Positions 53,735 to 64,000 of a stretch of DNA of 64,000 nt are shown piece by piece (position 1 is the stretch's first letter; each line of letters opens with the position of its first letter). A model generated the notes under the pieces. That model was not told the DNA's origin. It searched no databases and saw nothing but the letters and a program-made list of their open reading frames with translations. This stretch comes from Amoebidium appalachense (lineage: Eukaryota; Protista; Ichthyosporea), in assembly GCA_963693365.1 (NCBI GenBank), contig CAVNZM010000019.1:133272-197271 (forward strand). The letters run 5' to 3'. Made by a program: the position numbers and the translations under genes.

Positions 53735-55072
53735 TCACACCAGCCGAATATCATCCTCTCCGTAAACTTCCTTGAACGCATTTGAGACGCGTACATAGTC
53801 CGCGGCAAACATCTCCCGCTTGTTCCCAACTGCACACCTCACCGGCTTCAGTTGGTTCTGCACCAGTTTCTCGAACTGCTCGGCCTCCTTCTTGTTGCGG
53901 TGGGGCATGCACAGGATGATAAGCTCCTTCATGTCGTGAGACCAGAGGTCATACTTGTAGCGTTCGAATAGAGAGTTCCCTGTGTGTCCAATCTTGATGT
54001 AGCCGTCGATGTGCAGTGCGTACACACACGCCCCTGCCGCCGCCTTGAGAGACCACTCGAAGTTCAGCTGCCGCCAGGCCACAAAGTGCACATCCAGTCC
54101 CTTGAGCTCGGCCTTCATCTCGCGCACAGCCTTGACCATGGCAAGCGTGGAGTCGATGCCCCGCTGTATTGTGTCCTGTTTGGCTTTCTCGGTACGCTCA
54201 GCCTCCTCGGCGCGCTTGACAGCGGCGAGCGCTTCGGGGTTGTCATTGGTACAGAAATCGCGATGTACAGTAACCACAAAGTGGTGCAGCTGCTTCATGG
54301 CCGTGTCAAAATCAACCCCGGGTTTGAACCAGCGATCCGGATCGAGCATGGCATCCAGTGTGCTTCGTTTGACCACTGCCGACTCTGCGTCCTCTTCTCG
54401 CTCACGCTTCCGGGACCCCTCGTCCATGTCGATGGTCACGGACCGAGTCCTGCATCCATCACCTCGTCCCTGGTCGGCAATGCGAATCAACTCGGGGAAG
54501 AAGTCCATCTGGCCCAGGTGCGACTTTACCATCACCCCGTCCCAGAACTGGCGCAGGTCGGGAAAGCAGTAGCGCAGAAAGGGGGCGGTCAGCTCGAACG
54601 CCATCCAGGTGCCACGAAACATCTCGAGGGTGGGTGTCAGGACATGAGTTGCGAACCCTTTTATATCGGGCTGGACTTGGGGGATCCTCTTAATTTTTGA
54701 GTGTTCAGAACGAACCAGCCAATCAGAGGAAAGTAGGGGCACCCCTTCTTTCCCCCCTACATTCCTTGTTTCCAACAATCTGGCAATTTCCGAAACAGTT
54801 TTTTCGTTGTCCTTCTTCCAATCCACAGGGCTCTTCTTCACGCCCGCCTCCTCAGCCCCCTTGCCCGCCGAGTACCCGGCGTTGAAAAACACGTGCCCGT
54901 CGAACTTGCTGAGCCACGTGAGCACCCTCTGCCCGTCGGGCGCGTAGAACGGGCGCACCCCGGGCCAGTCGGGCACGGACGAGGTGTCGACACGCGCCTC
55001 ATTGCCAGGAGCGGGCTTCCAGGTGGGCCCGATGACGGGAGTGGAATAGGGCGGGGGGTTGTACCGTGCCAT
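53735..55072 (-). CDS. KilA-N plus T5orf172 (GIY-YIG-like) domain protein
   Basis: DGHVFFNA...PVDW...RGTWMAFEL (KilA-N); CVYAL...IKIGHT...R...FEKLV...REMF (T5orf172); TATAAAA upstream. Confidence 0.8.
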   Translation of the reverse strand: MARYNPPPYSTPVIGPTWKPAPGNEARVDTSSVPDWPGVRPFYAPDGQRVLTWLSKFDGHVFFNAGYSAGKGAEEAGVKKSPVDWKKDNEKTVSEIARLLETRNVGGKEGVPLLSSDWLVRSEHSKIKRIPQVQPDIKGFATHVLTPTLEMFRGTWMAFELTAPFLRYCFPDLRQFWDGVMVKSHLGQMDFFPELIRIADQGRGDGCRTRSVTIDMDEGSRKREREEDAESAVVKRSTLDAMLDPDRWFKPGVDFDTAMKQLHHFVVTVHRDFCTNDNPEALAAVKRAEEAERTEKAKQDTIQRGIDSTLAMVKAVREMKAELKGLDVHFVAWRQLNFEWSLKAAAGACVYALHIDGYIKIGHTGNSLFERYKYDLWSHDMKELIILCMPHRNKKEAEQFEKLVQNQLKPVRCAVGNKREMFAADYVRVSNAFKEVYGEDDIRLV

Positions 55073-55326
55073 GGCGGAGGTGGTTTAGACTGGCGTTTGT
55101 CGCCCTTTTATACCTTCGAGGAGGGTGGTGGTCGTGTACCGGACACGAGGCAAGAAAACAAACCCCCCAAAGCCCGAGGAGGAGAGCAGCGTGGGTGCTA
55201 CTGTCCTCACTGAGGGAGAGTAGCTCGTGGAGGTATTGTCCTCAACCCGAGGAGAGGCGCTCGTGAGCGCAGGTCCTCCTTTGGGGTCTACATAGAGGAG
55301 TAGGACCATCCCTACTGTCCCTTTCT

Positions 55327-55584
55327 CTACAAACCCCCCTTTGTGATTTCCAGCGCCAGGATCAGCAGCAGCAGCAGCACGATGAAGTCAAGGCGCCTGA
55401 GCACGGGGTCACGCGAGAACCAGCGCCCCCCGGGCTGGGTAGCCCCACGTAGGTAGCCTATGCCTGGACCACCGTGTGTGCGCGCCACGCGGCCTGGATG
55501 CCGCTGCACGTCGGTGGTGATGGGCGGGAACAGGGCGTCCAGGGGGTTGTCGACGTTGAAGTTGACCGAGTTGTACAGACTCAT
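55327..55584 (-). CDS. Small protein with C-terminal transmembrane helix
   Basis: RLDFIVLLLLLILALEI. Confidence 0.55.
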   Translation of the reverse strand: MSLYNSVNFNVDNPLDALFPPITTDVQRHPGRVARTHGGPGIGYLRGATQPGGRWFSRDPVLRRLDFIVLLLLLILALEITKGGL

Positions 55585-55586
55585 TG

Positions 55587-56474
55587 CTACAAGCGCCGTG
55601 CAAAATCTGCGAGAGTGCCCGAAGCCACATGGACAATGACCTCGTTTTGCCGGCCCTGGATCCACACGCCCTCCGCGACCTGCTGCGGGGGCGGCATACC
55701 GCGGTCAAGCAGCTGGCCCTGCACGCGCACGGTCTCGCTGCGCAGCCAGGTCACGGTGGGGGATGGGTGGGTGGTGGCGGCCTCGTCGAGCATCTCCTGC
55801 AGCCGGCGCAGGTTGGTCTGCACCTCGAGCTGGAAGCGGCTGCCCTGGTTGCAGATGCTGCAGAACTCGTCAAACAGCCGCGAAAGCGCAATGTGCGCCT
55901 CGACGGACACGTTTGAGTAGGGGTCTGCGGCGTGCAGGCGCTGCAGCTGCTCGGAAATGCGGCTGACCAGGTCCGCCAGCATCCGGTCAACGAGCACCAT
56001 GGCGTCGTGCTCGATGACGGCGGCCATCTTGGTGCGCGTCAGGTTCTCGGTGCGCAGACGCACACACAGCGCAAACACAAACCCGGTGCACTGGTCCAGG
56101 CGTGCGAGCTCGGCTGCGCTGAAGGGGGTGTTGGCAAACGGGTCACGGAGGTTGCCGGTCTTGCTGATGTAGTCGGCCAGGGTGGCCGCATCGCATCCGT
56201 ACACGTGGCCAGCGCGCGTGTACTTGAAGCAGTCCCGGGCCAGCGGCTCCAGAGAGAAAGGGTCGGTGTCGTTGGTGAGGTTGGGTGGGCGCCTGCGCAG
56301 GAAGTCGAAGACACGGAACACGCGCCGGAAGAGCAGGCGCAGGCCCGGCACGGCCTGTACAATCGAAACCAGTTCTGCGTGCCTCTTGTGCGTGGGCAGG
56401 GCAAAGCCTCCGTAGCGCCTGGCGATGTAGCAGATCATTTCCTTTCGCACGTTCACCAGCCTCCCCTCCACCAT
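55587..56474 (-). CDS. U-box/RING-like domain protein of a type seen in large DNA viruses
   Basis: NDTDPFSLEPL...HVYGCDAATLADYI...RDPFANTPF. Confidence 0.6.
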   Translation of the reverse strand: MVEGRLVNVRKEMICYIARRYGGFALPTHKRHAELVSIVQAVPGLRLLFRRVFRVFDFLRRRPPNLTNDTDPFSLEPLARDCFKYTRAGHVYGCDAATLADYISKTGNLRDPFANTPFSAAELARLDQCTGFVFALCVRLRTENLTRTKMAAVIEHDAMVLVDRMLADLVSRISEQLQRLHAADPYSNVSVEAHIALSRLFDEFCSICNQGSRFQLEVQTNLRRLQEMLDEAATTHPSPTVTWLRSETVRVQGQLLDRGMPPPQQVAEGVWIQGRQNEVIVHVASGTLADFARRL

Positions 56475-56497
56475 ACCAGCACGCGTCAATAATCGGG

Positions 56498-56719
56498 TCA
56501 CAACCTCGAACCTACAAACACGTCGATATCGTGACGAGAGAACGGCTTGTTTCTGTAGCGGCGTGTCACTTGGGCCTCCAGTCTGCGAGTGGTGGCGTTG
56601 TCCACGTTGCTGCGGCTTTTATACTTACGCATCACGGCGCTGAAAATGCGCTGGAGGTTGCGGTTGCCAGTCAGGCGGAGGAGGCCGAACCGTTTGAGCT
56701 TGCGCTTGGCGAATGGCAT
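56498..56719 (-). CDS. Small highly basic protein
   Basis: 73 aa, K/R-rich. Confidence 0.4.
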   Translation of the reverse strand: MPFAKRKLKRFGLLRLTGNRNLQRIFSAVMRKYKSRSNVDNATTRRLEAQVTRRYRNKPFSRHDIDVFVGSRL

Positions 56720-59700
56720 AGTGCCAGGTGAAATTATTTACGGGCGTGGACATCTGCGACTGCGGGTTGGGGAACGGCGAGGGCGGGGGCGGTATCAGGT
56801 AGGCATGGCTCAGCGGGGGCCTGGCGGAAATTGCCTGCGCCTGTGTGTTAAACCGGAGCTGCTCGGGGGATGGCATGTGCGGGAAGGGAGTCCCGGGCGA
56901 ACCCAACGTGTTCGTGGATGGGACAAAGGACAGTGGCTGCAGCGGGATTGCGGGCCGTGGCAGGATACGCCTCGGTCCGGGATGAGCTCTCCCTGGAGAC
57001 CACATCTGGCTGTAGGCTGTACCCAAAACGCTTTGACCTTCCGGGGGCTGCTCAGTGCGCGACCGCTTGGCCCCACCGCCCGGGCCGGAGACCTCATCCT
57101 GGTCTTCAGACCGCGTACGCTTCCGGGGAGATCGAGGAGGCGGTGCAGGCGTCGGCGGGTCCAAACTCATGGGGGTCATGGGGTTGTAAGAGTCCAAACT
57201 CGCGGGGGTCAGGGGGTTGTAAGAATCCAGGTCCATAGGGACCTGAGGGTTCAAGTACTCGCGCTGGTGGATGGCCTGGTTCGGGTCGGGCGCAGATTGG
57301 GGCGGGTCGGGGACCTTTTCCTTTTCCTTCTCCTTCGCGGCTTCTTTTGCTCTTGTGCTGACACGCTTGTCGTATATGGCCGCAAACATAGGGTTTATGT
57401 TGTCCGTAGCACTCACGCGGCCCGCTTTGCTCCGCAGATGGTCCAGATCATCGCGGACTTTCATGCTCTCGTGCAGTTCGGCCTTCAGTTTCTCGTTGAG
57501 GGCCGCCAGCACTTTATCCGCCCTGTCTCGGGCGGCCTGGAGGACCGCGGGATTGGACGTGAGGACCTCTGGAAGCACAGGGGTGGCTGGGGCCTGGGGC
57601 TTCACAGGCTTCTGCTTGGCAGGACGCTGTGTGGCTACCAGCTCCTTCCGCTGCCAGGCCTTTGGGTCCGTGCTGAACAGCTGCCATCGGGGATCTCCGG
57701 TGGTGGGGGCGGTGCGCGTGTACGCACGCGCCAGGTCGGTGGTGGCGTGCCCCCTGTTGAGGGCATCGATGACGGCCGTGCGTCCCGTTTCGGTCAGCCG
57801 CCACAGGGCGCCGGCGTGGCTGATAAAGCACGCGGGGTTCTCCAGTATGCTGTTGCGCAGGCGGCGCAGCTGGGACCGTGGCCAGTTCGGGTTATCGGGC
57901 CACTTGAGGGGTTTGTCCTGGGGGTTTGTGATCTTGACAACGCGAGTGTAGATGGTGCCTTCTGGTGCAAAGAAGCCCATGCGGTCCTTGCGGATGTTGG
58001 CGTTGCGGGTGATGTTGATGGGCAGACCATAGCCGCACTTCTTCATCCAGTTGACGATGTAGTCCGGGTTCCGCTCGATCAGTGAGCAGCCGTCCTGGAT
58101 CAGCTTGCGAAGGTGGTAGTAGGTCTTGGGGTAGTGGGAGCGCACGTGCTGCTTGACAAAGCCGATGGCCAACTCGGCGACGTTGTACTTGGAGTTGTAG
58201 GGGGGGAGCCACTGGAAGCGCCAATGCTTGCTCACGGCGAGCTGCCTGATGTCCGGCAAGTTTTCCTTGGTGTTGTGCACGGGGGCGTTGTCCATGCACA
58301 GGATTGCGCCGTTCGTGCGTGGGTCGGCCCCCAGGACGTACTCCAAGAACACGTAGAACGCACGACCGTCAAGCTCGTCAGGCACCAGGCTTTCGTTGGA
58401 AAGCTCGGCTTGGGGCTCGCGGCCGTGGGGGGCGAGAGGCCGGTAGTTGAACAGCGGGTCGTCGGACGGCCGAGGACTGAGAATCAGGTAGTTGACCACG
58501 GCCCGCATGTTTCCATCGTTGTCCGCCTTGGGGAACCCCACGGAAATCAGCAGCTTTGTGCCGATGCCGCGCAGCTTGGGCTTGGGGGTTTTGTGATGCG
58601 AGCCGCGGTGCCCCCACACGCGGCCAGGGGTCTCATCCAGGTACACGGAGGCCTCGTCGATGAAAAGCAGATTCTGGCGGTTGTCCTGCAGGTGTGGCAA
58701 GCGCTCGACCTCAAAGTACTGGGTGGCGGCAGCCACGGACCTTACAAAGGTGTTTGTCGGGTCGCCCTCCCCACGGCGGTACGTCAGCCCAAGCCGCTTG
58801 CGCCACTTGTTGAGCGTGGACACCGACACGTTCATGCGCTCGGATTCGGGCAGGCCAGGCAGTGCGTTGTAGGCGGCCATGAGCTTCTCGCTGGTCAGGT
58901 TGGGTACCTTGGTCGTGAGCTCGTAGAGCACGATCTTCTGTGTGTCCGTCAGCTTGGTGGATTTCTCATGGGCCCTTGCGAGGTTGGTGCCGTGCCGGCT
59001 GCTGAACTCGCCGTGCTTGAGGGCACGTGCTATTACCCGCCGCACGGTCTGCGTGCTGACCTTGAGCCTCTGTGCGGTGTCCGTGAGCCTCTCGTCCCGC
59101 AGGTGCGCAAGCAGGATGGCATCGCGGATGTCCTGCGTGTATGCCTTCCCACGGCCCAGGCGTCCTACGGGCTGTTCGGCAGTTCTCAGCGTGTGCACTT
59201 CGACGTCTGCGGGCAGGGGCTGTGCGAGGGGTTCCTCCCCGTACCAACGCCCCCCGGCACCAGCAGCAGGCGGGCGCCCCCGGGGCCCACCACCCACAGG
59301 GCCTCCTCTGCCCCCAGGGCGACCTTGTTGTCGGGGAGGAGCCTCAGCGTGAAGGAGCCTTTCGATGCCACGGTGCTTCGGGATGGCAGGGGTTCATAGA
59401 CCACGGAGCGGACAGGCGAAGGGCTGTCAGGCGCGTCGACGTTGAGAAGATCACCTGTGGACTCCAAGGGCATCAGCCGCTGGCGCTCCAGCTGGTACAG
59501 CGCCAGAGGGGGGTTTCCCCCGGGCTGGGGTGGGTAGAACCCCGCGACCGTGGCCTTAGACTTGTACACAACGGGCCTGCCCGTGTGCTCGATGACGTGC
59601 ATCGCCACGAGCATTGCGCGCGGGACAAAGCGGTCGAGCCTGACGACCAGGTACGTCATCGGCCGGAAGTGCTTGGAGATGTGCGGATCCACAAACACGA

Positions 59701-61035
59701 TCCCGCACACCGAGTCCGTAATGTCGGATGTTGTGTTGACGGCGGTGCCCGGCGACCGGGGCCTCCCGGCGGTGTACAGGCCCGCAAGCTGCTCCCGCTT
59801 CCGGTCGGCCCAGGCGGCGATGGCCGTGCGAGCGTTGTCCGGGCTCACGCCCAGCGCATGTGCAACCGTGGCAAGTTCCTGGGCGGTGGAGTCGGCAGTG
59901 GTGGGTGTGGGCGCCTCTGCTCTTCGGCGGGTCGAAACGGCATTGGCAACAAGACGGCTGCGGGCGTCATCGAAACGGGTTTCTGAGAGCTCAGGCCGGC
60001 CGAGATCGGCGTAGAAGCGTTTGTGCATCTCCCTTTCATCATCGATGCTGGTGGCTCCGGGGGGGCGTGTGACCCGAGGTGAATACGCTTACCATCTCGA
60101 AGGTCAAGATCCTGGTCATCGGCAAGGGCCCGCAGGATGTGCTGGACACGGCCGTAGTACTCCTGCCCTGAAAGGTCGCGCGCAACACTCATGGTCAGTT
60201 CCTTGAGGGCCTGCCGCATGGTCGCACGATCGGTACCGGCTGCGCGCAGCTCCTTGGCCAGCTTTGCACGCTCGGCGATGAGTGTCTGGAGCGCGTGCTT
60301 GTAGGGGTAGGCCCGTTCGTCGTCCTCGCGGTGGACTCCTTCCACAAACTCAGGCCGTGGCAGCCCGGGCACCATCAGGGCGAGCGCCTCGAGCATGTTG
60401 GGCTCTCCGGGATCATCGGAGTCTTCCGGCGCTTTGCCCTCCTTTGCTTTCTGGGAATCCCTTACGTTTTTTCCAGCTATGCGCTGGGCCTCCGCAAGGG
60501 CGGCATACGCCATTCGGATGCGCTCGGGATGGTCCGGTGTCGTGGGGTGGCGTGCCTTCCGATTTTCCACCTCCTTGGCGAAAAGCGCGTGGCCCCTAGA
60601 GTCCGTGACACCCTCGAGCTTGACCAGGCGCGGCGTGCTTGTGCGAACATACGCCTTGCTCAGTATCCCCTGAACGTTCTCGGCAGTTACACGGGCATCA
60701 TCGAGGGGTTCTTGGGTCAGGTCCTTGCCTGCAAGCTCCTCCCACCAGGTCTCGGATCGGGACGGTGGGGTTTGCGTAGGCGGGGCGGGTGCGTACATGG
60801 GATCACGGACGCGGAATCGCAGGTTCAGATTGCCATCCCTGGCCTGCCTATCGGTGCCGGTGTTGTATGACGGGTGACGCGGGTCCTGCACCAGCTGTGC
60901 GAGGGGGAAAGGGTCATCGGCTCGGGATTCTAGAAAGAAGCGGCCAGGATTCTCGGCACTTGGCCAGGCATCGGCCACGACTTTATTGGACTGAGTGTCC
61001 ACCACAACATACCCCGGTCTACGGGACCGGTCCAT
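56625..61035 (-). CDS. Large IS630/Tc1-mariner-family DDE transposase/integrase fusion (about 1,470 aa if two homopolymer frameshifts near 60062 and 59252 are corrected)
   Basis: HTH YTQDIR...TAQRLKVSTQTVRR, a second HTH, LFIDEA, CMDNAPVH and WLPPYNSKYNVAE (D-38-E). Upstream ORFs join at C/G runs. Confidence 0.8.
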
Positions 61036-61054
61036 GCCCCAGGCGTGGAAAATC

Positions 61055-61840
61055 TCACAATGGGCACAGATGGAAGGCTAGGACGCCTAAGTCACTGACG
61101 GCGTACTCGAATCGGATGAGCTTGTTACTGGACATGTGTATCCTGACGTTGCTGTTCACGCACGCGCCCTTGCAGAACGCGCTGAGATACTTGACCATGA
61201 ACTGCGCCTTGACCTTCTCGATCGGGACCTTCTTGAACTCCACACCCGTGGCTTTTCCCCTTCTGATCTTCAGCGCGTCCTCTCCCTTTTCGGGGATGTC
61301 TATCCTGCACTTCCCCAGCGCGCCCAGCGCACGCAGCCGGAGCGTGCGATCCGCGACAGTGATCTTCACGACATTGGACACGGCCTGGATGTCCCTCAGG
61401 TAGCGCGCAAGCTCCTGGGCGTCGATGACAAAGACACAGTCGTAATCGAGCGATGGGGCGTCGAGGATTTGCCGCACCTCCTTGACCAGGGTCATGTTGT
61501 ACACGATGCAGCTGCTGTCATCGGTGGTCTCCATCTTGACCTGCAGGGTGTCGTCCGTGGCGGTGAATGCGATGCTGTTGAAGCGGTGGGCGGTGGCGTT
61601 CTTGACGATCTTGTACAGGTTCTGGATCTCGAACGTGGCGGTCACATCGTTGGGTACGTCGAAGATCTCAAACTTGTCGGGGTGCAGCTTCATGTAGACG
61701 TAGGCCTTCTTTGCATTGTCAACTGCGGGCAGAACAAAGCCCTCCTTCCCACTGAACAGCACGGTCACCTCGCCGAGGATGTCCTTGACGCTGTCGATGG
61801 CGCATTTGAACGTGTTGACTTGCACGGTCTTGACGAGCAT
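61055..61840 (-). CDS. PCNA: PCNA sliding clamp
   Basis: FKCAIDSVKDIL...AVDNAKKAYVYMKL...F.VKYLSAFCK...EYAVSDLGVLAFHLCP; 261 aa. Confidence 0.95.
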   Translation of the reverse strand: MLVKTVQVNTFKCAIDSVKDILGEVTVLFSGKEGFVLPAVDNAKKAYVYMKLHPDKFEIFDVPNDVTATFEIQNLYKIVKNATAHRFNSIAFTATDDTLQVKMETTDDSSCIVYNMTLVKEVRQILDAPSLDYDCVFVIDAQELARYLRDIQAVSNVVKITVADRTLRLRALGALGKCRIDIPEKGEDALKIRRGKATGVEFKKVPIEKVKAQFMVKYLSAFCKGACVNSNVRIHMSSNKLIRFEYAVSDLGVLAFHLCPL

Positions 61841-61943
61841 GGTGGGGGACTGACGCTGAACGTGCCGGCAACGCTGTTTTTATACCCTTGGGGGCCCGGG
61901 GGTTGGGGCTTTTTTCTATACAACCGGTATGAATTCTGGATCC

Positions 61944-62759
61944 ATGGACCGCACGCTGCTGTACATGGGCATCATCGCAGCTGGCTTCTACTACTACAAC
62001 AAGAGGGCGTCGGCATGGCCAACAGCACCTACGTTCCAGCCTGAGGACAGTGACCCGGGGCAACAGCCCGGAGGCAACAACGACCCTGGCATGCAGTGGG
62101 GGCTGCAAACCTCCGACAGCCCATTTGACCGAGACCTGGCACTTGCATACCGGGACAGTGCTAGGGGGTTCGACGACGATACCGTCGCCATGGGCAACCA
62201 GGAGTACTTTGGAGACGAGGAGGACGAGTACGTGCTCGGCTACGACGAGTACGCCACGGCCGACGGCGGGGGCACGGTCGTCAACACGGGCAACGGGCCA
62301 GTTACGGTACCGCAGGCGCCTCCTTCGACGCGGGCTGTGCAGCAGGCTTCGGTGGTTCCCTCAGGCACACCGTCAGCGCTCATCGGCGCGCCCGCACGTC
62401 CGGCTGTGCACCCCAACCTTGTGCAGACCGTGCATCGGGCAGGGCCAAACGTCAGCAACTCCACCATGGACGCGATCTCACAGATCCGGGGCACGGGCCT
62501 CTTCACGGGCAGCGAGATGCGGCCGCGTGAGAGGCTGAGCGTGGCGAAGCTGACGCCGCAGGAGGTGCTTGCCGCCACGACACGTCCCCGCAACGTGGCG
62601 GCACCCGCCGTGTACAAGAAGAACGGCAACCTTCAGCTACGACCCGACCCAGCGATCCACAGCGCCGGGTTGGACAACCTCCCGTCCATCAGCACACAGC
62701 GCGACCTCAGGCAGCGCGAGTCGTTCTCAAACGAGCTGGCGTCGACACTGCTTTTTTGA
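61944..62759 (+). CDS. Minor capsid protein P11-like
   Basis: N-terminal hydrophobic segment, low-complexity middle and C-terminal KNGNLQLRPDPAI motif; AATAAA after the stop. Confidence 0.6.
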   Translation: MDRTLLYMGIIAAGFYYYNKRASAWPTAPTFQPEDSDPGQQPGGNNDPGMQWGLQTSDSPFDRDLALAYRDSARGFDDDTVAMGNQEYFGDEEDEYVLGYDEYATADGGGTVVNTGNGPVTVPQAPPSTRAVQQASVVPSGTPSALIGAPARPAVHPNLVQTVHRAGPNVSNSTMDAISQIRGTGLFTGSEMRPRERLSVAKLTPQEVLAATTRPRNVAAPAVYKKNGNLQLRPDPAIHSAGLDNLPSISTQRDLRQRESFSNELASTLLF

Positions 62760-63108
62760 ACGAAATAAAGGGGGGGATGAAACCCCCCCCCCCCCCCCTT
62801 CCCCAAGATGCACCGACCGTGTTCTCCCCCCGAGCAGCCCGATCAGCCCGCACCATGTTCTTCTCGAACCAGAGAGAACAGGACGGCGGGCGCGACCCTT
62901 TGGCCCGCGAATTCGTAGAGAAAACGGTCCTCAGCCCCACCATGTCTCCCGCGGACAAAGAGAACACCGTGGCACCCGTTGCAATGTCTCCGAAATTTCT
63001 AGAGAACAGGGTCGTGGGGTTGACCCTGTTCGCCCTGTCCAGGACCGCTTTTATTGAATAAAGGAGCCCCTCCCGGAATATAGGCAAGCAAAATATTCGA
63101 TCAGTGGA

Positions 63109-64000
63109 TTGCATGATTATCATCGGCGCTGTAAGCAAATGTTGCGTTGCAAAGAACTGGTGTGCATGGAGCAGGCACTCGTGCCCCACTCCATCTCATT
63201 CGACACGGGCACCCTGAACCTCGAGGATGCGGCAGCGTGCGTGGCCCAAGTCCTCCCCTACTCCGTTCCGGTTGAGGGGCCGTGCGCGGGGCTGACGCTG
63301 GGCGCGGCGGTGGGGGTCCTGAACAGCGCGCTGACGGTCAAGGACGATAACGTGTTGTCCACGGTGAATGAAATCAACGCAACATTGAGAAGCCATCAAG
63401 CTAGTCTGGCTCTCAAGGCTGAGAAGACTGCACTGGCAGCGCTTGCCGAGGTGGTTAATACAAAAGCAGATGAAGTTAGTGTGGCGGAGCGCCTAGACCA
63501 GAAAGCAGATAAGATCACGATCGACACAACTCTCGATGGCATCACGCAGGAGTTTGGTGACCGGTGCACAAACATCGAACAGCAAGTCCTTCTAAAAGAA
63601 GAGAAGAGTGTTGTGGCCCAGCTCAGAACTGAGTTCAGCAACCGGACGGCCTATGTTGATGGTGAATTGGAGACTAAAGAGACCAAGTTGGTCGTTGCAC
63701 AGCTCAGAGAGGACTTCACGGATCGTACCGCCTATGTAAATGCTGAACTCGCCACCAAGGAGACCAAGGCCATTGTTGCCCAACTCCGAAGCGATTTCAC
63801 CGACAGGACCACCTACGTTGATGCACAATTGCTCAGCAAGGCCAGTGTGAACACCGTGCAAGCGCTGCAAACCACAGTAGACACGCACAGCACCGCCCTG
63901 GTCGCAAAGGCCGAGAAATCATTTGTCGACGAGTCTCTTGCTGAAAGCGGACAAGGTGGTGGTTGACCAGCTGCGCGTCGATTTCACAGAAAGGACCACC
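63109..64000 (+). CDS. Fibre-like coiled-coil repeat protein, partial
   Basis: 27-aa repeats K(E/A)xKxVVxQLRxxFxxRTxYV x3; a fourth copy appears in a shifted frame at the window end. Confidence 0.6.

Noticed and set aside
56625-59297. Annotation as an autonomous IS630 mobile element
   Set aside because: No TIRs or TA duplication found by eye, and the ORF appears to be part of a larger fusion.
56589-62044. Long plus-strand ORFs opposite the transposase and PCNA
   Set aside because: Antisense shadows of GC3-rich genes.

Overview
This window looks like part of a giant-virus (Nucleocytoviricota) genome, most plausibly a giant endogenous viral element in a eukaryotic assembly. The right third holds viral core or structural genes: A32 packaging ATPase, VLTF2, PCNA, a penton-like and a P11-like minor capsid protein, an H2B-H2A histone doublet, an ATP-dependent ligase domain, a PL14 lyase and a C5 DNA methyltransferase. 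A very large IS630/Tc1-type DDE protein sits among them. The left two thirds are accessory and repeat-rich. They include a large imperfect inverted repeat (1-4455 / 7997-12472), four primase-less SF3 (D5/DUF5906-like) helicase paralogues, KilA-N and AntA/MSV199-like DNA-binding protein families, an AT-rich nested-palindrome core at 21-22.6 kb, long (CA/TG)n tracts, and a compact 7TM-RGS-7TM-Fic-like cluster at 33-37 kb. Expression signals are of host RNA polymerase II type: TATA, CCAAT, TGACGTCA, AATAAA and at least three GT-AG introns. No major capsid protein or PolB is visible in the window. Many ORFs break at homopolymers, which could be long-read error or decay. All family calls are by-eye motif recognition; no database search was run.
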